Below are positions 1 through 13,609 of a stretch of DNA of 64,000 nucleotides, piece after piece. Position 1 is the stretch's first letter. Each line of letters starts with the position of its first letter. Source of the stretch: Zootoca vivipara (taxonomy: Eukaryota); NCBI RefSeq assembly GCF_963506605.1, contig NC_083278.1:42532001-42596000 (forward strand), written 5' to 3'. Made by a program: the position numbers and the translations under genes. The notes below the pieces were generated by a model. It was not told the origin of the DNA. It ran no database searches and worked only from the letters and a program-made list of their open reading frames with translations.

Positions 1-510
1 TCTCTCTAGATGCTTCCAAATCCATGCAATGACCAGCCTTGCAACCATCAGAAGAAAGCTAACTTCTTGTGTTGACATATTCTGTCAACTCCAGCTATTC
101 AGTCTGTATCCCAGGGGTGTTTACCTAGTGCTTGACCAGTTTGGCGCCCCCCCCCCAATGGCACAGACCCAGGGATGCGTGAAAATAGCACCTCTCCACT
201 TTGGCTTGGAGTGGCTAGGAGGGGGAGCAGTGAAAGGTGAAGAAAGCAAAACTTTTGAGTTTCTGGCCTCATGCTTTCAGAGGCACTGCTACAGCTGCTT
301 GCCAAGGGCGCAAGGGAGCCTAGGTATACCTCTGAGTGATCCGATTGATTTCCTCAAATATTTGACTCCAGAAGGTGTCGACTTTTCCACCAAAGCTGGA
401 AATGCATTCCCCTTTCTTCACTAGATCACCAATAAGCCTGAGAGGATGTTCTGGCAATGTAGGAAAGATCATCAAGGCATAAGATGCCACCAGAAAACAG
501 TTCTAAACAT
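1..510 (-). mobile_element. Ancient L1 ORF2 C-terminal remnant
   Basis: Frameshifted peptides WWHLMP / YW*SSEERGMHFQLWWK / FWSQIFEEIN / LLMVARLVIAWIWK parallel RWHLTP / CWKCQEKTGTYFHCWWE / FWSEIYEKM / AARLVLAQKWK of the L1 at 53 kb. Confidence 0.6.
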
Positions 511-1649
511 TGTCTCCCTAACCTATACTAACAGAGAGCACATTGATACATTGTTCCATAATTTGATCTGAGATGCACGCTTGAAACGTAACATTTCTGA
601 ATATTCTCATTCCATATTTGCTTGACTTTCCCCATTCCTCTTGCCTTTGGTCTATTTCATGTTTAGATTGTAACTGACTGCAGACAGCAGCATGTTTATT
701 TCATTCTTTTGCAAAGCCTTCAGTATATTTTAGGGATTGCATAAATGAAAAATGATTAGCTTGGATTCAAAAGGTCTTTTGCACAAGCAGATTTTTGCCA
801 ATATGCCACTTTGGTTACAATCTGGGATGAACTGGCATGTGAATGAATTTGCATTTATAGATCCAAATTCTTGCATTAAAAGTTTAGTGATCAACAGAAC
901 TTAGTGGGTAATGCCTAAGTGTCTTGGTCTTGCTGAGCATTAGCAAAGATAGGAAGGGAAGGTTATTGGGTGTGGAGTTACGCATTTGTACAAGTGGCTG
1001 CCTCTATTGCTGAGGACAGGACCTGGAATGCAGGAAAATAGGAAAGAATCTGAGGCCCTGGTTCACTCACTGAGGCCCCAAGGCTGAGAGGTAATCAGAA
1101 AACAAGTGACAGTAGACAAGGCTATTTCAGCTAGTCATCTGAGCACCTCAGGTAAATCTATAGTAACTACGAGGGAGTTGAAGCAAAGAAATTACATTTT
1201 AAAAAACCCAGGATTTAATCTGTGTCACCCAAAGTGGCTCCCAAAGTGAGGGCAGTAGGATTACCTAGGGGTATGTGAAAAGGCAAGAGGAGAGCTAGAG
1301 ACACTGGAAGTGTAAATGACTACCCGACGTTGACAAACTGGTATCAATGGATCAAGTTTATCAGTTTTGTTGAATTAATGACACTAAATTGTTTTAATTG
1401 GATTTTGATTAAATGCGCAATTAATTGTTACTGTTCTGCATTGTCTGTGTGCTAACTTCTTCAATGGGTTGCGCAAACTGCTAGGCTAGTATAATGGGCA
1501 TTAGGGATGAATTTATAGAACTAGGTGAGCAGTGGGCTGAAAAGGTTTGCGAACCACTGCTCTAAATTCTAGACATGCAAAGTCATGGGTGATCAAATGG
1601 TATGCAGGAAGAATGAACTTGCTTAGTCAATTGGTCTTAAAACAGCTTA

Positions 1650-2460
1650 CCTACTTTTCTTTTCTTCAAGTAAGCAGATAGGAAATGAGCTTGCAAGGCC
1701 TGAGAGAGATTATTTCTCACAACTGAAATCCACCTTTGGCTCAGATATTCCTTCACAATCACAATGGTCTTTTCCCCTGATGGAATGTCGACATTTTTTT
1801 GTGATGTGCATCTATCACAAATCATTTATCTGTTAATAGGTTACAGTTAATATGGAAGAGGCAGCACAAGTTATCCCCATTCCTTAATTCCCTTCTTTGC
1901 TTCCCCACTCCACTAGTTTGAAACAAAATAAAATAAAGGAATACTGTAATAGACCTTCTATCTTCACCTGAGAAGGTCTGCTGTCCTCAAAGGTGTCTGA
2001 AACAGAATTTCTTTTCCTTGCGGCTTCCAGGTAAAATAGTGAATGGGTCACGATGGAGTCATGTGATCATTCTTAGCAATTATTCATAAGAAAGAAAATA
2101 AATAGACCATTGATGAATGATATCGATGACTGCCCATCACTGGGCATAACATGCACCAGGAGTCTTAAAACATACCTGTTCTTTTGGAAATAACTAGTCA
2201 TATTATCGCTTACTGTTTCTTTTAGCTCTTCTTTTATCATTTCTATTTGACTGGAGTTGTTAATGGAGATGTTTTGCTGCATTTACTCGTGTCTTTATAT
2301 ATTTTCCACATCACCTCATTGTTCTGAAGAAGAAGCAATTTGCATGTACCCCAAAAAATGGAAATAAAACCCAACACAATTAAATCAAAACATTTGGGAT
2401 CTGAGGAGCACACACACCCTTGTGATGGTAATTCTGTTTCTAACTTGCCTTGCATCATTA
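1650..2460 (-). mobile_element. Ancient L1 ORF2 endonuclease-region remnant (tentative)
   Basis: Broken peptides resemble GDFN(CV), W/LRLLH, IDY/FIF and SDHS motifs in the expected order, with stops and frameshifts; same strand as the remnant at 1-510. Confidence 0.35.
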
Positions 2461-4618
2461 CCTTGAACTATAATTATCAAGATTGATTGTAGGTGAGACA
2501 GAAAGTGATTAATTTAGTGACAGAGGCAGCAAAATATCCCACTCCAATTTCTAGTAAATAAATAAACTGTGTGTATTCAGCTGTTCATAAATTCTTAATT
2601 GGCTACATGCAATTTTCTCTTTTACTTTCCTCTTCCAATAGAGGACTTAAATTATTAAAAATTGTTCTTACTAAAATGTTTGTCATGGTGGGGTTTCATT
2701 CCAGGAGTGTAAATTGGTATCTCTTTCTAACCACCAGTTTGTAAATTGTTAAAGCTGCAGGGAACAAGGATCACCATAGATGCCCTTTGAAGGGTGATGT
2801 TGTTGTTATTTTGCATATGCTGCTTAATCCCGCTGTCCTCATTTGGGGGAACAAGGCTTTTGGGGGGGGTTGGGAAATGTTTGGGGGTTTTTGAGGTTCT
2901 TTTTGAAAAACCTTCCTGGCAAGCTGCATCCAATAGGCTGAAATGGCCTTAGAGGCATGAAAGGTGTGGCCTACAAATTCCCATAGCCATCAAAGTCCAT
3001 GAAACAAACAATCAAGCTGTACAAATGCCAATCAAAACGGTAATCTCTTTGTGTGACACAACACAATAAAACTCTCCTAACAATATGTGATCTTTTGCTT
3101 TGAGTGATGTACATATAACCATAATGAGTCTGCCTGTTTTAGTTCATTGTGCTGCCCTCAAGACAATTGCCAAGCTGTATCTCAAACAAAAGGGCACATT
3201 TTTTTCCTGATGATCCTATTGCTAGAGGCTTCCTTCACAGAAGTTGCCAGACTCAGTATTTCAAGAATCTGCCACCTAAATTAGACAGCATCTCCTTGTT
3301 ATTAGTCATTCTTGCATTCGGTTACAGGCATGTCTTTGCCACCTTCTGTTTACCCTCCCATTATGCTACACAGCCTCTCTTGACTCCTGAGACCCTCTCC
3401 ACCCCCACCTCAATATGTGGAATAAAGAAAGAGCAAATTGTTTTTGCTTTAACTAATTCTCCTCACTCCCTCATCCAGAACTGTGGAGTACCAATGTCGT
3501 CAGACAAATACTGCCGCAAATTAATTGAAAACATCAAAGGGAAGTCAATAGTGACTTCAGTGTCAAAAGGTGATTTCGAGCTGAAGAGCGTTTCACCAGG
3601 TGACACGGAGGAGTGTTCCCCTTTGCAGAGAAAGAACAGCCATAGGTGCTGTTGCACAGATAAATTGTGTCTTTACATTGGTTTAAAATGCTAGAAATTT
3701 TATATATCATGGCAGACTAAATGTGAAACCCACGTTAAGCCAGCCAAGTCTTCCTTTGAAACAAGTCAAAGCACTTATCACTTCAAGATACAGGTCCATG
3801 GGGCAGAGAATATGAGTGTCAAGGCCTTGTGGAAAACTCCTTTTGCCTACGGGGACATTCCAGTAGGCCTATGCAGTGGAAGGGCACTGCATGGCGGTGC
3901 AGGCAACAGCACATTTCCATTTTGCCTTCAGGTGGTGAAACTGGACAGGTACAGTATAAATTACCATTTAAATCGAAAATGATACTCAGCCCCAGCTCCT
4001 AGCACCAAAATAGGATGCATTACAATAATGATGTGGAAAATGCATCTGACTTGGAAAGAATGTCACATCACGTCCCCCATCTCCTCCCACCATCTTGGGC
4101 ACATAGTATAGACCATTACAATGCAACATTGTTTGAGATTATTCATAAGAAGAAGGATTTATAGTGTCCCTGCAGATGCCTTGAATCATAGCAGATCACA
4201 GTTCTGTTAGTGCCTGAAGAAGCTGATCCTTAGACCTGTAGGACCTAAATGTGTTCTCCTGTTGATTTCCGTCATTTCCCTTCTTCTCACCTCATCCTGC
4301 AGCAGGCAACATGGAAACTAGCAAGTACACTTTACTGTGCAAGCTGGTGAAAGCTTCAGTGTGCTACATTTGGCCCATGGGCCCCATTGCTGGTTGTTCC
4401 AACTGTCTTCAATGTGTGATAAGCATCTGTGAGATATTAGGCAGCCATCCAGTGCTTTATGATACAATTATACTATTTAGCATTTTGCTGTATCTTTGGA
4501 GTAGGGGCAGATTTGATTTCCTTGGACATCGCCACAGTCCTGCTAGTCCTTCTAGCATCTTTCCATGCTATCTGTATTAATTCCTCCAGCTAATTACTGT
4601 GCCCTGATGATTTAAATA

Positions 4619-4716
4619 CAGTGGTGCCTCGACTTACGAATTTAATCCGTTCCGAAGGCACCTTCGTAAGTCGAAAAATTCGGTTGTAGAGTCGTTCGTA
4701 AGTCGAAGTACCACTG
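4619..4716. mobile_element. Tc1/mariner (Tigger-like) MITE
   Basis: TIRs CAGTGGTGCCTCGACTTACGAA / TTCGTAAGTCGAAGTACCACTG, TA on both flanks. Confidence 0.85.
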
Positions 4717-5888
4717 TATAATGTTCTTTAGAAAATGTCTTCCATTTCTTCCCTTCATTATTTATTAGATACCCTTCCTCCTAATGGCCCAGGGCATTGC
4801 TTTTTTCTTCCTGCCTTTTTCTTCTTCCACCTCCCCTATTTTTATTTTTATTTTGTTTGACATACTTGCTCATTTTGGTATTAATGTATAGCATCAAATT
4901 TCATTGAAACTCTTAGGAGAGATAAGGGCCTGGCTGAGGAAAGTTGGAAGAGGCAACAGGGGGGGAAAAACAGGTGTGGTTCAATTACCCATTTCTAAAA
5001 AGTTCACAGATGTGTAAATGCTTAAACACTGAAGAACGCTATTGTTTCAAAGTGGAAGAGAGAAACACTGAAGAGAAATCCTGGAGACAGAACACATCAT
5101 TTCATCTCTTTTTGGCATTGTTTGAATCTGTCTAGTGTGGGAGTGCAGAAGAAATTCCTGCATGCTGGATGCCATATCATCCTATAATGGGCTTTTCTGA
5201 TCTTTCAACAACAACAACAAAAATGGATATGGAACCCTTCCAAGATTAATAACTGTACATCTGTTAGTTTAAGGGAGAAGCGGATTTGTGATCAATAGAC
5301 CGGCACATGTATCTGAAGTGATCAGTGGCACTGAATGAATCTAACCATGTAATTACAGAAAATGGGCCTTTTTACAAGTCATCTGTGTCTCTGTGCTTGT
5401 ATGATGTTTGATTCTGCTGTTATACTCTGAGTGTTCCAAAGTACACATTGCAGCAGCCTAATTTTTCTTTGGACAGCCTTCTCCTTAACCATTTATTCAG
5501 TTGCAAAACAAGCCAGCAGATAGCACCATGCCCAATAGACACTCCTACAGTAAATAACTGAAGGAAGAGAGGGTTTAGAAAGTGCCCCCTTTCATTTAAG
5601 CGCCTTCTGAAGACTTGTCTTTTTAAACGGGTCCTTCACTGAAGTGTGAGGCCACCATTTTATAATGTATGCTGAATTTGTGTGATTTGATGTTTTTAAG
5701 ATTTATTTTTAAGTTGCTGTGTGCATATGTTCGTTAAGAAATGGAAACATTTCTTGAGAAGTGGTATATTGGTAACTAAATACACATTTTTTTATTAAAG
5801 AGAGAGAGAGAGAGAGCCTTAAGTTGCAAAATGAGGTAAATAATAACAATCCTCTGATTTTAAAATAATGAGCACTCACACTTTACAT

Positions 5889-6682
5889 TGTGGGTGCCCT
5901 TTGCAGGATCGCGCGTGGTGCTACAGTACCCAGAGAGCTCACTGGCAAACAGGAGCTGGCTTGCCTCTCTGTGTTAATTTTTGGGGTTTTTACGCCCAGC
6001 CTCAGTAATCAAGTTTCTTGCTGGGAGGTGGGGCTAGTCCCACTATATATGGAGCTGACAATAGCCAGGCAGTCGGCTCTGGAGAGTCACCCTCACCATT
6101 TGTTTAATGTTTCTTGTTTGCAGGTTAACTTTTTCTTCCTGTTTAGCGGGCGCTGCTATGGTCTTTGACTGGTTGCTGTTGAAGGACCAGGAAGAATTTT
6201 TCCTGCATTGGCAGGTTTTGTCTTCCCCATAGCAATTCATCACAACTTTGGTGGTTATGGCCTTGGGTGGAATCCTTTAGTCTTTTCTTTCCTATATTGA
6301 GGGGGGGGGGAGATGAAGTGGTGACTCACCTCCCTGCAACGTCAATTCCAGGGTCCCCTCTTAAAAGGGGTTATATGATGGGTGTCACTGGCCAACACCG
6401 AAAGGCTGTCAGTGAACTACCCTGCACACGGGGATATGGGCTGGGCTGCCTGCAAACACTTACGTCTCACAGTGCACTCCCATATCCCATTTACCCTGAT
6501 GTTCCCCAGTTCCCCCAGCTGGGGGGCTGGGAGGGGTACACGCCTAAGGCTCAAGCCAAGGTCTTCCTACCTTTGGAAGCTTAATAAAGTTGTGGCCTAA
6601 TTTTAATTCCATAACAGGTCAGAGTCTTTATTCCTTTCTTATGATCCCTGGGGGCGGGGGCTGTTGCTGCATGGTCACCCAA
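5889..6682 (+). mobile_element. LTR-like or DIRS-like terminal repeat element (class uncertain)
   Basis: Imperfect inverted ends TGGGTGCCCTTTGCAG / CTGCATGGTCACCCA; TATA-like site at about 6044; AATAAA at about 6584; GC-richer than flanks. Confidence 0.4.
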
Positions 6683-8260
6683 TGAGGAGCCAATATCTGC
6701 CTTTACAAGTGCATCTTAGAGAATATCACTCCATATGATATGTCACAGTATATTCCAGGTGGTTCTTTTTGCAAATGGAAGTTTTGCATCTTAAAAGGCA
6801 GCTTCTGCTCTGACCTGATATAAGATACTAAACTGTGTGTTGTGGCCTGGCAGGTGCTTGCTAATACACCTTGTTTCAGTAGGTGGAGACATTCAGCAAA
6901 GATGGAAGTTTCATTGAGCTGGATGGGCTGTGTTTGGTTTGGTGGCTTACAAGTTAAGAGAAGGCTGTTTCACACCTTCCATCCTGACTGTGAAGATGGG
7001 GAGACTCTCAGCACTCAGCAGGGACTGAAATAAAACAGTGATTGAGACTGGGATGCATGTGAGGAAGCAGTGAGGTAGCACATCCATAAAAAGTCCTAAT
7101 GAGCAAGGGGAGGCAAAAATGGCTCCCATCCCCAGGAGTCATCATCGCTGTTGTGGAGATACTTCTCATACTAAAAGAAAGTATGTACCGTAGTTGAGCT
7201 CTTGGCACAGCTCTTCAAATGGCAGCTGCCATGAACCAAAGTGAATGATCATGCATTTATTGAACATTAAGCTCAATATAATTGCCAAGTTGCAATTTGG
7301 CAAGGATGCTGAGCCTTTGCTCCAACTCTGTTGGAAATAAGAGAGAAAAAGATGGATAGTAGGGCTGGCTTTTATAAACAAGTGTTTGAATAATACAAAG
7401 ATCTTGCTGTAAGGGCTCATCTCTGTCATCTCTTATCACAGTACTGAGGAATCTTTTGTTTTTATATGGGTTCTATTAATATCCTTTAGTCACTTTCTTT
7501 TTTTAAAGGCAACATTCTGGCCTCTGAACATCAGTCTTTCTGCCTGGCACTGGTATTTTATTTTCATTTATAATAGCCAGAGTTGTGTATCAATTTTCAT
7601 GTTTCACAGACCTCCTGGATGAGAGGAAAGCTTCTTCAATTCCACACAGCTTTTCACCAACTTTAATTTTGCTGCCAATTTACAATGCTTTCCACATTGG
7701 CCCTAAAAGGTGAAGAACTGACATTTTCCCCAAAAAATGTCATGATTTGCAATAAGAAAATCCCTCCTATTGTTATCCTCCTCATCAACAACGTCATCAG
7801 TATTATGTAATGAGCTTGCAAATTATTCCTCTTGTCAAATATATCCAATAGAGCACATTTTAGGAGTCTGTGTTACCTGTATCTAAGTGGGTTTATTAAT
7901 ACACAATGGCTATACTGTAAAACGATACAGAGTTAGGTGTATTAAAGCCCATGGAAATCAACTGACAAGCAGAGCAAGCCTACCTCGCAATTAAGGTGGT
8001 GGGGTGGTGAGATCTATTGGGATAACAAATTAACACATCTTGCCAGTCCATGAGAGCAAATGGGGCCCTGCCCTGCAAACTTCACTCTACTCTCATGTAG
8101 CCCTCAACTTTCCATCTGCTTTCTTAAAACCTCCTTAAGTAGTCTCAGTGTTATCCTAGCATGGAGGAGGATGGGAACAAAACTAGAATTTGTTGATTCT
8201 TAATGTCATTGGCTTTGGCTACACCCACTGTTGGTTTCCCTGACTTCCAACCCTCCAGTC

Positions 8261-8515
8261 CAGGGGTCCTCAAACTAAGGCCCGGGGGCCAGATGCAGCC
8301 TAATCGCCTTCTAAATCCGACCCGCGGACGGTCCAGGAATCAGCATGTTTTTACATGAGTAGAATGTGTCCTTTTATTAAAATGCATTTCTGGGTTATTT
8401 GTGGGGCATAGGAATTTGTTCATTTCCCCCCCCCAAAAAAAAATATAGTCCGACCCCCCACAAGGTCTGAGGGACAGTGGACCGGCACTCTGCTGAAAAG
8501 GTTTGCTGACCCCTG
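8261..8515. mobile_element. hAT MITE (~255 bp family)
   Basis: CAGGGGT...ACCCCTG termini; 8-bp TSD CTCCAGTC; homologous to 56708-56963. Confidence 0.88.
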
Positions 8516-8574
8516 CTCCAGTCTCACCAGCCACCACTGCATTCTGTGCCTTGCTGTTTGCAGCCACTAGGGTG

Positions 8575-8896
8575 AGAGCTAGGGTGTATACCTGAAGGAA
8601 CGTCTCCACCCCCATTGTTCTGCCCCGACACTGTGATCCAGTGCTGAGGGCTTTCTGGCAGTTCCCTCACTGCGAAAAGTGAGATCACAGGGAACCAGGC
8701 AGAGGGCCTTCTGTGGCGCCTGCCCTGTGGAACACACTCCCATCAGATGTCAAGGAAATAAGCAACTATCCTAATTTTAAAAGACATCTGTTTAGGGAAG
8801 TTTTTAATGTTTAATGCTGTATTGTGTTTTTAATATTCAACTGGGAGCCACCCAGAGTGGCTGAGGAAACCCAGCCAGATTGGGGGGGTATAAATA

Positions 8897-8932
<36 letters not shown>
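8575..8932 (+). mobile_element. L2-clade LINE 3' fragment with (ATT)n tail
   Basis: Similar to 59895-60226 and to the reverse complement of 19360-19497; ends in (TTA)n. Confidence 0.7.
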
Positions 8933-8934
<2 letters not shown>

Positions 8935-10820
8935 CCTCCTATTGACTGCAACTGGGTGAAAACAACTAGGCCAGTCTGAGAGCTAACATGGCATTGAGCT
9001 GTTTCTTTGGCATTTCATAGGGACTAGTGGAATTTGGAGCTGATGGGCCCATGCCTGCCATAACACCCCCCACGTTTCACCACATCACCACCGAAATATC
9101 TGTGTCAGTGGACTTTCTGTTGGCTCACTAGAAGACCTCCAGCAGCATATAGGTTATCCAATCAGCCGACCTCCATCTATCCCACTTGAACTTCTTCCTA
9201 ACACCCCACAGCCAGCTTTACAATGGGGTTAGCATTACTCCCTAGGGCAGAGATGGGAAAGCTGTGGCACTGCAAACCTATGTGCTTTGTTGACAAAGCT
9301 ACTCCTAGTCAGAAATAGTTATGCCTTCTCAATAAAAGTAATAATGATAATAAAATGTCTGTGGCCAGTAGAACAACTGTGCAACTCATCGCCCACAGGT
9401 ACATGGAAGAAGATGGATATGGGGCACATTGTCCCCCCTATTTCACCCCCCATTCCCAATTAGATGCCCAAGCATTTACGTTCAACGGCTGTATTTTCAA
9501 TGGCTGTGCTTCTTGCAATCTAGCCATTCCCAGGACTTCAGCCTACCAATGGCTCTTACTTGTTTTAGATCCAGAAAAAGCCATGCCACCTGTCACCACA
9601 GATTAAAAAAAAGAAAAGAACTGGAGATTTGTACTCTGCCCTTGTAATGCACTAAAGTAGAGAATGCTCTCAAGTTATCTTACTGCTTTTGCAACAGTTC
9701 ATATCCCACCACTGAGTCTTAATCCTTCTGCTTAGCTCCTTCATACCTAGGATGCTTCTCCCCCCCCCCCTTCTCCAGATGAGCTTCTCTGCAGCAAGTT
9801 CTGCTTTCTGGTGGCCTCCCCAATGAGACATTATCCCGGGTTTTCAGATTGCTCTTGCAGCTGATTTAGAGCTTCTAGCTGTGCCAAATCACTGTGTATG
9901 TGGACAGCCTTTTCCAAGAGGGACCTTCTTCTGTTATTGCCTAGGGCAAAGCCCTACTACATTCTTCTTGAGTTCAGTAGGGTCTGGATTTCACATTAAG
10001 TGCTTTGCTGGATCAGTTAGTAGTGAACCTGCCAAGATTTGCTTTTGCTTCCCCGGTTCCCCTGCACCCCCAGGCAACTTAGAAGAGATGCCTTCATACA
10101 CAGCTTAAGCCTATCTAGCACACAATACCCCAAAAAGGAAAAGCCTTCCCACTTACATGGTGTCAGATAGCATTACTTATTCTGTCCAATATACCGGTTT
10201 GTCAAAACAGTCATTTACATGATATCTGAGAGTGTGGCGCTGAAAGTATTCTGAATTATTTAGTCCCAGAGCTGAGCCAAAAATAGTCACTGTTTTATGA
10301 GAACATTTTAAGCAGCGTCAAAAAGATTCCTCTCCCTGCCACCTTTTTTACAATTTTTAAGCAATTGCTTGGGATGTGTTTGCATATGCAGAAACCCCTC
10401 CCTCAAAACAGCTTCATTTGCCCCTTAGTGGCACCAGCACTTACATAGCACTCTTATATCACCACATTGGCTAGTATAAGTCTTGTGACTCATTCAGGAA
10501 ACATTTGCCTTCACTCCCAATTGTTTGCCCTCTGTGCTGTCAGCACATAGGCAGGTTTGATTGACTGTGCTGTGTCATGATATCAACATGCTAATGATTA
10601 GCTGTGATTACCCATGGGAGTGATTCAGGAAAGAGAAAAAATGCTGTGGCCAGAAAAGGAAAAGTGATGCCTATCAGCAGCAGGTCCTGTAAACAATGGC
10701 ATCAAGCCGGACTGAGGAAATCAGCGCTGCCCTTAGAATGTCCCTGCCGTGGGGGCAAAATGTGCTCTGCACCCATAAAAGTGGGTGGTTTCCCCAAGAA
10801 GCTGAAATTCTTATGAAATG

Positions 10821-10821
<1 letters not shown>

Positions 10822-10866
<45 letters not shown>

Positions 10867-10884
10867 TATTATTATTATTATTAA
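10822..10884. repeat. (ATT)n microsatellite
   Basis: About 20 ATT units with one interruption. Confidence 0.95.
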
Positions 10885-11355
10885 AGGAATAATAAAGCCC
10901 AGGACTTAATCTGTTATCCGTGGCTATCTATTACACATGACGGTAACATTGCAATGGGTTGGCTAATTGTGTTCATTTATCGAAGGCCTGCCCTGAAAAT
11001 AAAATAAGGAAACCCAAATCACTAAGCTCACTCATAAAAGAACACTTGTGTCACCAGGACCCCATTTGCAATTTCACAGGTCAGCTTGGCATCAAGCCAG
11101 AAGAGTGCTCTGATTTGTGACCACAGCTGAAAAATGCACAAAAGAGGAGGTGATTGCTGAGGTTGCAACAGGATTTTTCTGGGACAGATGTTTTTGGATG
11201 TGATAAATTAGCCTGATGTTTAGTCCAAATGCTAAGCGGAGTTATTGTCGTACAGTACAAGATATTATGGAGTGTTTGGATCACCCAGTTGCAGTTCATG
11301 ACAGTCCCAGTATGTGGGGTATGCAGCACGTTGTGTTGAAGATCTTTGTTGCAAT

Positions 11356-11638
11356 TAAGGTAAAGTTAAAGGGGTCCCTGACCATTAGGTCCAGTCGTGG
11401 CTGTCTCTGGGGTTGTGGCGCTCATCTCGCGCTATTGGCCAAAGGAGCCGGCGTACAGCTTCCAGGTCATGTGGCCAGCATGACAAAGCTGCTTCTGGTG
11501 AACCAGAGCAGCTCATGGAAACGCCATTTACCTTCCCGCTGTATTTATCTACTTGCACATTGACATGCTTTCGAACTGCTAGGTTGGCAGGAGTTGGGAC
11601 TGAGCAATGGGAGCTCACCCCATCGCAGGGATTTGAAC
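11356..11638 (-). mobile_element. Sauria SINE (Squam1), 5'-truncated
   Basis: Matches the other four copies; (ACCTTT)n-type tail on the minus strand. Confidence 0.88.
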
Positions 11639-12324
11639 ATTTAATTAACTCAAATAGTCACTGAGGTGCCTACAGGACTCAGAAGGAAAGTGTTTTATGG
11701 ACAAAGTATCTTAAGCGTTGGACAGCTCAAAGCCATAGGGCCACTCTGTGATAGCATTATGCTCCAGAATTGAGTTTTATGCATTCTCAGCAGAAAATAG
11801 AAAGCAAGCCATGCTAGCAGGAACAGGAAAAGCTCCGGATTTTCAAATTTTGAAATATGGCAACCCTAAACTATAATCTACAGGAATAAGTGGCATGAGC
11901 ATGCAGAGTGCACCTGTATCACAAATAATAAGGTGATACCACAATAGGCATCCTTTGTATACACAGCACATTGTTTAATCATACGGCTATGCTTTGGATG
12001 AGGATTGGCTGAGTCTTGCAGAGAGCTGATTGTCCTGATGACGTGAGATTGGCAGAATTGCTTGCAGGGCTTCTCTGAGCTTCAATAGAAGTATAAAAGG
12101 TGTGTGGGACAGGGAAGAGTGTGAGATTTTGCAGTATTAATCTATCTATTGCTCCACATTCTCCTTGGGAGTGCTATGCCTCAGTAACCCTAGTGGACCA
12201 GCCTCCATTGCCAGGATGTAGTTTCTCAGTAGAAATAGCTGGGGGAAGCATCATCCACACATTCACAGGGCAGTTCCATGCCACAGCCAGTCGGGGAGAA
12301 TAGTCAACAAATAAGATCACCTGA

Positions 12325-12535
12325 AACTGCTTCATACTGAACCAGGCCATTGGTCCATCTAGCCTGCTGTTGTCTGTTACAACTGTCAGCCAGTCGCCAA
12401 GTTCCCAAGCAATTAGAAGACTCTGTCAGAGTATTGCTACGCAAGAGCCTTATCTTGAGATGCGTTACAGGGAGGGACTGAAAGTGGAACCTTCTGCTTG
12501 TGTGGCATATGCTGCACCTCTGAGCTATGGCCCAT
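12325..12535 (-). mobile_element. Degenerate tRNA-headed SINE with CR1-like tail (Squam2-like)
   Basis: Minus strand begins GGGCCATAGCTCAGAGG (A-box like) and ends CTAGATGGACCAATGGCCTGGTTCAGTATGAAGCAG; related pieces at about 12650-12760, 21740-21830, 23490-23590 and 29250-29400. Confidence 0.55.
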
Positions 12536-13609
12536 ATCACAGCAGAAGGCATGCTCAGCTAAGTTAAGTGAACATACAGACTTGTTTCATGCCATGCCAG
12601 GCAGTTGGTCTTTCCACTGCAATATGATGCGGAATGGTTCTCCAGTTCCAGGCAGAGCGTTTTCCCAGTTATAGCACCCAATACATTGTGGCTGGACATG
12701 CCAAGGACTGAACTGGCAGCCTTTTGCTTTCAAATCATTGCTTTACTACTGAGCTATGGCATATCCTACTGCGTGTGATAGAGCCATAACCCCTTTCATG
12801 TATCTGCCTGTTAACTGCTCCATTTGTTCATATGCTGCTACGGCACCCTTGTGTTCATTAGGTTGTTTCCCAAGGCCTGCTGCTTATAACTGTCATAGGT
12901 TTTATTTCATCCATCCAATTATTGCTTCCTGGAAAGGGTCTCTTACCCCCTGAGTACATTATATGCATGCCGTACCCAAATAGCTCTGACCTTTGGAAAA
13001 CAATGCTCAGGCTGAGGCTGGGACTGGGGTGCATGTCAAGAACAAAAGCAGGGTAAAATATTAAGAGTTTGATGGTGTTTTTCATTCTTTTGGATTCATA
13101 TGGCTCTATTACGTTTGGCAACAGTCAGAATGCAGCTGACAACACAGCACGGTGCTGACTACATGACACTGCCTTTGTTCTCTCTGGGCAGGGATTCATG
13201 TTTTATCAGTCCTCCCCAATTTGTTCCAGTGATGGGGGGTGGAGGTGGAAATCAATTGTCACACATTTGTCTCATGCACTCCTAGCAGGAACAGGAATAC
13301 GGCTGGTTTACCTTAACTCGTGCTTGCTGGGCGCACATCTAAACTGAAGTTGGCTCATACACAGCAGTTTATTTTGGGCCAATAAATCAGGTTTGAGAAT
13401 ATTTGAGAATATTTGCTTGCACTAAATGTGGTTTCTTTTTATGTCTTAATTCAGTGTCCTGGCTTATCCTAGTTTGTTGTGTCACTTTGCGCAGAGATGA
13501 CTAAAAATTAGACCACTCATACAACACTCACATTGGAAGAGATAAGGCACAAATTTCTTTCTTTTTTTGCATTTTAAAGTAAAACTACCATGTGGAACAA
13601 TACGTGATC

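Noticed and set aside
29-424. 131-aa plus-strand ORF
   Set aside because: Antisense to an L1 ORF2 remnant; no recognisable protein features.
1637-2460. Apparent small multi-exon gene on the minus strand (several GT-AG-like boundaries, short ORFs)
   Set aside because: No continuous open frame across the putative exons; the peptides fit a decayed L1 endonuclease region better.
3149-3694. 181-aa ORF, the longest outside known elements
   Set aside because: Non-ATG start, no domain recognised, no splice-supported context.
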